Assembly: GCF_006345805.1 (NCBI RefSeq)
Contig: NC_043012.1
Coordinates: 46,376,001 to 46,440,000, forward strand
Length of the DNA stretch: 64,000 nt
Direction: 5' to 3'
Source of the DNA: Octopus sinensis
Taxonomy: Eukaryota
The position numbers and the translations under genes are program-made. Below are positions 54,560 through 64,000 of the stretch, piece after piece. Position 1 is the stretch's first letter. Every line of letters begins with the position of its first letter. The notes beneath the pieces are model-generated. The model made no database searches. It saw only the letters and a list, made by a program, of their open reading frames with translations, and was not told where the DNA came from.

Positions 54560-55680
54560 ATATTCGGTGCACACTTGCTTCAACTTTATTTCATATTAAT
54601 TGTATTTCAGCCAAATTTCTTTCGTCACACTTCTGTGACCTCATCAGTAGTCCTTTGTTCCCTTTTTTCTTCTTTGAGTCTCTCCATCCTAACGATCTGC
54701 TACTTTGTATTCTTCCTGTATGTGTCTTTATTTGTGCATGCGTATATCTATGTGTGTCTATGTTTAGAAAGTGTGTGTGGGGGAATGTGTATGGAACCAG
54801 CATTCTCATTATCCCAGTTTATTCATGTTCATATAATTTAATTTCATCTATTTTATTTTTTGCCTTTGTCTACTTAATTTTTCATTTCATCTTTTATTTT
54901 GTATTAATTTAATTTATTATATTTTGTTTATATATTGAATTATTTATTTCCATTTATTTATCAATCTATTTTATTAGTTTCATATTGTTATTAGTTTATG
55001 GGATCTTATTCTGTCATAGGCTGAGATGTGTGGGGTGGGGCTAGTGTTCCATTCTAGTTTTCTATTTAGGCAAAGATTTATCTTCTATTATGTGTGTAGC
55101 TTCCGTAATTTTTCTAAGCGTAGCGTCTGTTCTAAGTGTGGACAAGATTTTAACTTCTATGTTGTTGAGTGGACCCCCGTGTTCGATTTGCTTGCGGTTC
55201 TATTAATAGAAACTCCCCTACTGTAGGCATTGTATTATATGTAGATTTAGCCCATAAACAAACTGTTAAGCTGGGAATGTATTCTATAGAACAAGATGTA
55301 CAGAGAGACAGTACAGAAACAAGACAACGAGGTACATAGGGGTGACAACCCGGAGCATAGAAGAGAGGTTAAATGGACATTAAAGGGAACTCAAGGAACA
55401 GAAGGGCTCACGGGTTCTATACTAACACACCGAGCGGGAACACGGAGCTCACTCAACAGCATAGAAGTTAAAACATTGTCCACGCATAGAACGGATGCTA
55501 AGCTTGGACAAATTACGGAAGCTACACACATAACAGAAAATAAACCTAGCCTGAATAGAAAACTAGAATGGAACTTTAGCAAACAGCCCCCACACGGCAC
55601 AGTCTATGACAGAATAAGATCCCCATAAACTAATAACAATATGAAACTGATACAATAGTATATTGGATAATAAATATCCA
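54560..55680. mobile_element. Penelope-like remnant with an inverted copy of its 3' region
   Basis: Arms 54974-55184 and 55437-55650 are inverted (roughly 80-85% identical by eye). The left (minus) arm continues into a hammerhead core at 54620-54647. Confidence 0.7.
55268..55628 (+). pseudogene. Frameshifted GIY-YIG endonuclease of a Penelope-like element
   Basis: KLGMYSI (GIY), RYIGVTTRSIEERLNGH (YIG) and QITEATHITENKPSLNRKLEWN lie in three frames. Confidence 0.7.
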
Positions 55681-56084
55681 ATATACTACAGGAGGTATAT
55701 CTATTTATGTAGCAATCAATAGCACAGTTAGATAATAGGTATAAGTGGAGTTAAACAACAGTATCCAGTATTTATAAGGCAAGGAAGAAAATGGAGAAGA
55801 TATTTAATTGACAAACATCATCAAGAATTATTTATTAATTACAATCATAAATAGATCTTGCTGATGTTTGTCAATTAAATATCCTCTCCATTTTCTTTCT
55901 TGCCTTATATATATGTGTGTGTGTATACACATATGTGTTGGCGTGCGTGCATGTATGAGTGTGTGTATGTCAGTGTGTGTGTGTGTGTGCCTATGTATGT
56001 GTGTATGTATGTATGCATGTATTATGTACGAATGTAGCATTTACGAAGCTTAACAATAGAATATGGGCTGATCGGGGCAGAGCG

Positions 56085-56440
56085 TTTATATGACTTACTT
56101 ACAAATGGCTCTGGCGCATTCTTCTGAAACGCGCACAGTGTACCGTAGACATCCTAATTTGCTCGTGCGCTTTCATTAAAAAAATATATGAGGTACATAT
56201 TCAACATCATCTGGCAAAATAAAACATTGATGCGGAAGCCCTTGCAAAAGGCGGGATACCCTAGCACATCAAGTTATATATTCATTCAGTTAGGTTGAGT
56301 GGAACAGGCTACACGTACGTAAGTTAAAAGGCTTCTAAAGCAGCTGTTTTATGGTGATCTTGGCACTGGAAAGTGTCCTCAGTATAATCCAAGAAAAAGA
56401 TGCAAAAACTGCATAAAAGTCAACCAGAAGAAAGCGCAAA
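56085..56440 (+). pseudogene. RTE-clade LINE 3' fragment
   Basis: SETRTVYRRH.NLLVRFH, NIIWQNK and KQLFYGDLGTGKCPQYNPRKRCKNCIKVN. Confidence 0.75.
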
Positions 56441-58263
56441 TCTATGTAAAGGGCTAGGATCAACTAGCTGTGTGAACGTATGCATATATATATATATACA
56501 AGCATATATATGCTGTGAACATTTAAGTGAGCACAAATGGGTGTTAAAATTAAGAAAATTCCATTACCATGTTAAAGACTAGACAAAATTTTATAGAATA
56601 TTTGAATTCTGTGGATCAACTGTTTATGACGGAATTTCAGTGAATGGAAGCGGGAAAGTATATTGTAAATGAATGCTGTTTCTTGCAATATCCAAGATTT
56701 TTTGTGTGTTTCCAGGATCATAATGTGCAAGGTGCGATTTTCATGTTCTTCGTTCATCCATTGTTAGCATAATTCCAATTCAAGTATCGCAAATGTATCC
56801 TACCAAAAGTCATTCCTGTATCAACTTAGAGTAGCTAAAACATCATAATTTTGCGTATAAGATGATATAATATCATGCAAACTAATATCTTCTTAGAAAT
56901 CCTGAGATTCAATTTATAATACACACTGGTAGAAAACCGACCCCTGGGCGGTTTTCGTTGGCATGTGTTTTGCTCATATTGATATTATATATACATATAG
57001 TTATGATACATAAAATAGAGTAAATTGACAAGATGCTCATGAATTGAACAAAGACTCAGTTATAGTTTATTCTGTAATCAGTAAAATGATCCATGATACA
57101 TCTAAATATGACAATAATGAAAATTGGAAAAGTGATTAAACTGTCAGGGGAGAATGTCCACGAATCTTCACTTGAGTGAATTTGAAAATAGATGTCCTGG
57201 TGGGAACTAATGAATAACATTTACTAATACGAAGAGTTGAGTTTTGTTCAATATTGTTGTTTCGTTATATTCCCTTATAGACGTCTTAATTGTATTTTAG
57301 TGTCCCTTTCCTAGCAATAAAGAAGAAACTTAAATACATTTCAATTAAAAGAGAATAATGAATGCCTCACATCACTGTACAAATGTTTTGCAGCAAATGG
57401 ACTCTTTTCATTTATCCCGGATAATATTTGTATATTTTCTGTTCTCGGCGCTCTTGATAATGCAACATACATCTGACCATGTGCGAAGAATCGTGTTGAG
57501 AGATGATATTATTAACTAAATAATTTCAAGGTGGTACCCCAGCAGAACCGCAGACTAACCCAGTTTGAAAACTTAATTCTATTAGATGGGGATTATTGCG
57601 CTTGCACTACGTTATACTTTAAAAAATAATTTAATCACATGTTTTCTTATATTATTTTCGCTTTATTACATTTTTACGAACGCGAAGAAAAGTTATTTGT
57701 TTACATATGGAATTCAAACGGAATTTGAGATTTAAAACAGAAGCGAATCTTGTAATATTAAGCCTTATAATTTATTTTTAATATACAGATAGACTTTATA
57801 GTTTAAAAATTCTTTTAATATTCATTTATAATTTCTTCAAAGTGATATGATTTTTTTAATAACGTGGGAAAAACAAAAATAAACTGGACACAGTCTCGCA
57901 CTTCTTTAATCATTATAGTATAGACGACATTGATGTTGTCATACATAGTTCAAAGAGTAAATGTTTTTGAGGTCAATTTTTCCGCTCAAAGTAATACATT
58001 TGTTTATATATATTCTATAAAATAATGCTATTATGTTTCTGTGCATATACTTTAAACAGGTTATTGAGGATTCACAGTGTATGTTAAAATGTCTCAACTT
58101 ATACTGCGTCTGTATCACTGAATAAACATAAAAGAATATGACTTTGCAGATTCCAAGCGTTAATGCAGTTTTGTGTAGTGAATTGCTTTCAATCAACATA
58201 TTAGATGTTATTGATGCATTAAAGTAAATGTGTGTATATATATACATATATAGATAGATATAT

Positions 58264-58275
58264 AAATATAATAAC

Positions 58276-58322
<47 letters not shown>

Positions 58323-58384
58323 TGATGATAATATTAAAAATAATAATAATAATAATAATAATAATAGTAATAATAATAATAATA

Positions 58385-58425
<41 letters not shown>
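58264..58425. repeat. (TAA)n array at the 5' flank of R4/Dong copy 1
   Basis: Direct inspection. Confidence 0.95.
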
Positions 58426-58429
<4 letters not shown>

Positions 58430-61381
58430 CTTGATATACACAGCAGCCACTGCAGCCACATGACTTGATATACGCAGCAGCCACTGCAGCCACAAAAGAA
58501 GCTGGATACTCACCCAAACCCGCCCAAACAGGAGTACCACCACCCAAACAAACCCTGTGGATAAATAACATCCAAAACAAAATAAAAAAAAATTAGAAAA
58601 GACCTGTCGATTCTTAATGAAATCAGCAAACAAGCAACGCTACTGAGCAACAAAAATAGAACAACAATGCTCCGCAAATATAACATCACAGAAAAAGATT
58701 TGCCGGAGATAAAAGAAAAGCTGAAGCAAGATATCCTTGCCAAAGCTCAAAGGATCCGCCGGTACGAGAAACGCCAACGCTTCTTTGAACAGAACAAAAA
58801 GTTCAACTCCGACCCCAAAAAGTTCTACCAAGAACTGGGCAAAAATAAAACAGAAGTCACTGCAGCACCAACGGCAAAAGAATTGGAAGAATTCTGGAGA
58901 GAAATATGGTCGGCGAACGAACAGCCAAAAAAAAAGGAGTATGAAAATGACAAACTCGGCATCTGAACAACTTTGGACCCCCATAACAACTGGAGAGGTC
59001 ACCCAGGCACTGCAAAAACTAAGCAACTGGAAGGCACCTGGGCATGACAAGATCCCCAACTTCTGGTTGAAATATCTAACAGGAATGCACAAAAAGCTGG
59101 CTGAAAACTTTAACAGCATACTAGCAGAGCCAGAGACAATGCCTGAATGGTTCACGAAGGGGAAAACCATCTTAATTCCCAAATCATATGAAACAACAAA
59201 ACCAGAAAACTACAGACCAATAACCTGCCTCCCTACTATGTTCAAGGCATTTACTGCAGTGATATCGCAAAGGCTGAACGAGCACCTGGACGAAAACAAA
59301 CTGTTCCCAGAAGAGCAGAAAGGATGCCGCAAAGGCTCATATGGCTGTAAAGATCAACTAATGATTAATAAAGCCGTAACTGAAGACAGCCACAGAAAGA
59401 AGAAAGGCCTCAGTATGGCCTGGATTGACTACAAGAAGGCGTTTGATAGTATCCCCCACACATGGATCCTCGAAACACTAGCCATTAACAAAGTAGCACC
59501 AACAATCATAAAATTCATAGAGCACTCTATGAATAAATGGCAAACAGTCCTACACCTCCAAACAAAAGAGGGACTCATGAAAACCAAAGACATCCCCATT
59601 AGAAGAGGAATATTCCAGGGAGACACGCTCTCTCCACTCCTTTTCTGCTTGGCACTGTCACCTCTATCTGATATGCTAAATAGAACTGGATGCGGACATA
59701 AATGTTACGGCAAAACGATCAGCCACCTTTTATATATGGATGACCTAAAACTATACGCTGCAAATGGCAAACAGCTGGAAACACTATTAAAGACAGTTCA
59801 TGGATTTACCAAAGAAATAGATATGAAATTTGGATTAGAAAAATGCGCCAAAGTAACCATGAAAAGAGGAAAACTAGTTAAGAGTAACAACATCACACTA
59901 GATAAAACCAATGAAATAAAAGAATTAGACCAAAGCCAAACTTACAAATACTTAGGAATCCATGAACTAGATAAGACACAACACACACAAATGAAAGAGA
60001 AAATTAAAAAAAATATTATAGACGAGTTAGATCAATACTAAAAACAGAGCTCAATGCTAAAAACAAGATAATAGGTATCAACACTTTAGCTGTCCCAGTT
60101 ATAAGTTAATGCTACAATATCCTTAACTGGACACGAAATGAACTGTCCAAAATAGATAAGAAAACAAGAAAAATACTGACAGGATCTAGGATGCATCACC
60201 CAAAATCTGACATAGAAAGATTATATATACAACGTATAGAAGGTGGTAGAGGCCTTATACAGCTGGGAAACTACTATAAAATAACCACCATAGGACTGCA
60301 AAAATACCTACTTCAGAAGGAAGGAAAACTGATCCAGATAGCAGCAAAACACGAGCAAAACAAAAAACTGTTCTCAGTATTTAAGGAAGCTGACAAATAC
60401 AAACAAGAAATCATACCACCTAATAAACACAAAGAAGAAGATGATGAAGAAACAACAAAAGCTATAAAACAAATGAAATCCAAACTAAAAATAGAACAGC
60501 AACGAGCCATGATAAAACGATGGCAAAAAAAGCCCCTTCATGGTAAATACTGCACTAAACTAAACGCAAAAGAAATAGACAAAAAAAATCCCAGCAATGG
60601 TTGAGAAGCTCAGGACTCAAATCAGAGACAGAGGGATTTTTAATTGCAGCACAAGACCAAAGCCTCCCCACCAGAAATTACCAAAAACATGTAATGAAAA
60701 GAAATATTACAAGTAACTGCAGAATATGTGGAGATGGACAAGAAACAATAAATCATATTATCTCTAGCTGCCCAGTCCTGGCTAAGAAGGAATATATTCA
60801 CAGACATGACAGAGTTGGAACCTACATACTTTGGAAGCTATGCCAACATTATGGAATAACAACAGAAAAAAGATGGTATAGGCACACACCAGAAAAGGTC
60901 ACAGAAAACGAGAAAGCAACCATACTCTGGGATATGCCGATACACACAGATAGAGAAATTAAGGCCAACAGACCAGATATAGTTGTCAGAGATCATAAAG
61001 AAAAAAAATGCTTTCTAATTGATGTATCAATACCGGCACATGACAACGTGTCTCTAAAAGAAATGGAGAAACTCTCAAAATACAAAGACCTGGAAATAGA
61101 GGTAACTAGAATGTGGAACCTGAAAACAGAAACAATTCCTATCATAGTAGGTGCATTAGGCATGGTAAAAAAATATTCAGACAAATACATAACAAAAACA
61201 CCAGGACTTACAAACACATATAACATACAGAAAATTGCACTACTAGGCACTGCACACATCCTACGCAAAACACTTTCCATACAATAACCATCAGAGCATC
61301 ACAACAAATCACAGCACATACCCAAGGCACACAGAGCTGCGCTCGGTAGTGAAGTGAAAGCACGCTATAAAAATAAAACTA

Positions 61382-61385
<4 letters not shown>
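58426..61385 (+). mobile_element. R4/Dong-clade non-LTR retrotransposon copy 1 (5' truncated, RT + REL), ending in (TAA)n
   Basis: RT motifs NYRPITCLPT, EQKGCRKG, WIDYKKAFDSIPH, GIFQGDTLSPLLF, YMDDLKLY and YKYLGI; CCHC CRICGDGQETINHIISSC; RHDRV; REL RPDIVV..D..LIDVSIP..K.SKY; end IQKIALLGTAHILRK; ~100-bp 3' UTR. Confidence 0.95.
58495..61287 (+). pseudogene. RT-REL polyprotein, disrupted
   Basis: Pieces 58667-58966, 58737-60041, 60191-60604 and 60601-61287 are joined by frameshifts at A-runs (~58930, ~60012, ~60588), plus a stop near 60108. Confidence 0.93.

Positions 61386-61452
<67 letters not shown>
61385..61452. repeat. (TAA)n spacer between the two R4/Dong copies
   Basis: Direct inspection. 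Confidence 0.95.
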
Positions 61453-61453
<1 letters not shown>

Positions 61454-64000
61454 GACGTTTAAGATGTAAGAACGATAAAACAGTGCTCCGAAATCTATCC
61501 ACAAACATCGAAGAGAAAGATATCGTATGGAGCCAAAAATTTACTAACACAGGACTGGACTATATCCGAGTAAGTAATACTCATTGAAATTTATTACTAT
61601 TTTCGAAACGAAATGATGTATTTTAACTCGATATCATCTCCACCTCTAACACAACACATGTAAACATGCGTGGGACTTTACGATCTATCAACACCAGATC
61701 ATTCCCGACCCCAAACACCATGTACAAAGGAACTACGAAGAAATTAAATACCACCGATATTATTCAACCCAATAATAACAATCGGGAGGTACGTACTTTA
61801 AACTTACAACACAAAATATACGAAAAACTACACGTGCAAAACAATGTGACAACAGAAATGAACCCTACGAAAATGACGACCGTCAAAATAATGGGCCAGA
61901 CGTTGTTCCTCATGTCCCGCAAATAAAACCCAAAAGACATAAATGGACACGTGAGGAATACATTTCTATCTTACACGCTTACTTCACAGCATTGCTCTAC
62001 CCAAAAAATGAAAACACAACAACACACACATATAAAATATAGAATGAAAATAACATAAATATAGACTTGGATAAAGCAATGAACCCTAATAAACTAGCAA
62101 ATATACATCCTCAACGCAAAAAAATATCAGAAATAGAAATAGAACGTCTAAAAGAAAAAATACATCAGGAAAATGTAGATAGAAGCCACACAACAATGCC
62201 CAATAATATAAACACTGAAACAGTAAAACACGAAGACAAACGTAACATTCCAAACAAAAACGATGTAAACAAAAAAACAACAAACCCAGACCGTAAGGAT
62301 GCATAATAATACACGACAAACAGCAAGCCAAAACATGACAAACAAACATACGAACGTAAAAAAAAGTGACACAAATGTAAAACCTGGAAACAACGAAGGG
62401 GAGCCTAATGATTATGATACTATAAAAAGTAGAATAATCAAAGAACTGAAAAACACAGATCTCAAGTTGACCACCGACCAAAAATCAAAATAGACGAAAC
62501 AACAACATCAATTATAAGCAGCATAAACCTAGCCGTCACGGAACTAATAGCCACTGAAACAAAAAGCGATATCACTAAGCTAAATGACTTAGTATACGCA
62601 GCAGCCACTGCAGCCACATAAGAAGCTGGATACTCACTCAAACCCATCTAAACAGGAGTACCACCACCCCAAAAAAACCCTGTGGATAAATAACATCCAA
62701 AACAAAATACAAAAAATGAGAAAAGATCTGTCGATTCTTGATGAAATCAGTAGACAATCAACGCTACTGAGCAACAAAAAGAAAACAAAAATACTCCGCA
62801 AAAAAAACATCACAGAAAAAGATTTACCTGAGATAAAAGAAAAACTAAAGCAATATATCCTTGCCAAAGCACAAAGGATCCGCCGGTACGAGAAACGCCA
62901 GCGCTTGTTTGAACAAAACAAAAAGTTCAACTCCAACCCCAAAAAGTTCTACCAAGAACTTGGCAAAAATAGAATAGACATCACTGCAGCACCAACGGCA
63001 GAAGTGGAAGAATTCTGGAGAGAAATATGGTCGGCGAACGAACAACCAATAAAAATGAGTATTAAAACAACTAACTCAGCATCTGAGCAACTTTGGACCC
63101 CCATAACAACTGGAGAGGTCACCCAGGCACTGCAAAAACTAAGCAACTGGAAGACACCTGGGCATGGCAAGATCCCCAACTTCTGGTTGAAATATCTAAC
63201 AGGAATGCACAGAAAGCTGGCTGAAAATTTTAACAACATACTAGCAGAGCCAGAGACAATGACAGAATGTCTCACGAAGAGGAAAACCAACTTAATTCCC
63301 AAATCAAATGAGACAGTAAAAACCAGAAAACTACAGACCAATAACCTGTCTCCATACAATCTACAAGGCATTTACTGCAGTGATATCGCAAAGGTTGAAC
63401 AAGCACCTAGACGAAAACAACCTGTTTCCAGAAGAGCAGAAAGGATGCCGCAAAGGCTCATATGGCTGTAAAAATCAACTAATGATCAATAAAGACATAA
63501 CTGAAGACAGCCACAGAAAGAAGAAAGGCCTCAGTATGGTATTGATCGACTACCGAAAGGCGTTTGATAGCATTCCCCACACATGGGTCCTCGAAACACT
63601 AGCCATTAACAAAGTAGCACCAACAATTATAAAATACATAGGACACTCTATGAATAAATGGCAAACAGTGCTACAGCTCCAAACAAAAGAGGGACTCATG
63701 AAAACCAAATACATCCCCATTAGAAGAGGAATATTCCAGGGAGACACGCTCTCTCCACTCCTTTTCTGCTTGGCACTGTCACCTCTATATGATATGCTAA
63801 ATAGAACTGGATGCGGATATAAATGTTACGGCAAAACGATCAGCCACCTTTTATATATGGATGACCTAAAACTATACGCTGCAAATGACAAACAGCTGGA
63901 AACACTATTAAAGACAGTACATGGATTTACCAAAGAAATAGATATGAAATTTGGATTAGAAAAATGCGCCAAAGTAACCATGAAAAGAGGAAAACTAGTT
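61453..64000 (+). mobile_element. R4/Dong-clade retrotransposon copy 2 (near full-length 5' end, runs off the window), disrupted
   Basis: N-terminal KRHKWTREEYISILHAYFTALLYP...NPNKLAN motif typical of R4/Dong. 62584-64000 is closely similar to 58460-59880, including YMDDLKLY. Stops and frameshifts present; the 5' boundary is uncertain. Confidence 0.92.

Noticed and set aside
61453-61665. 5' ribozyme (HDV-like or HHR) at the start of R4/Dong copy 2
   Set aside because: No core or nested pseudoknot pattern found by eye; an Infernal or RNAMotif scan would be needed to exclude it.

Overview
AT-rich, microsatellite-dense animal genomic DNA. The abundant tRNA-derived SINE families look like those of Octopus (recalled, not database-verified). 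I found no supportable host gene exon, rRNA, functional tRNA or CRISPR array, and most ORF-track entries are translations of (CA)n, (TA)n, (TAA)n or (ATCT)n repeats. The window is mostly transposon relics. DNA transposons: a nearly intact Tc1 (DD34E) element, degraded Tc1, maT-like mariner, Merlin and Chapaev3-like transposases, and a non-autonomous Helitron-like element. Retroelements: CR1 and RTE LINE 3' ends, two Penelope-like (GIY-YIG) remnants, and two head-to-tail R4/Dong-clade RT-REL retrotransposons in (TAA)n. The main unexpected signal is a cluster of type-I hammerhead ribozyme (HHR) motifs in short non-coding mobile units. These are a 362-bp tandem with a compensatory U3-A8 core (9.8 and 10.15 kb), an inverted-repeat element (24.55 kb), a 445-bp partial tandem inside a SINE (29.5 kb), a tRNA-headed SINE with an HHR in its tail (41.8 kb), and a 267-bp tandem (44.1 and 44.35 kb). 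Degenerate copies lie at 34.2 and 54.6 kb. Together they suggest several retrozyme-like or Penelope-dependent families; this is inferred from folding by eye and has not been tested. Many boundaries are approximate.
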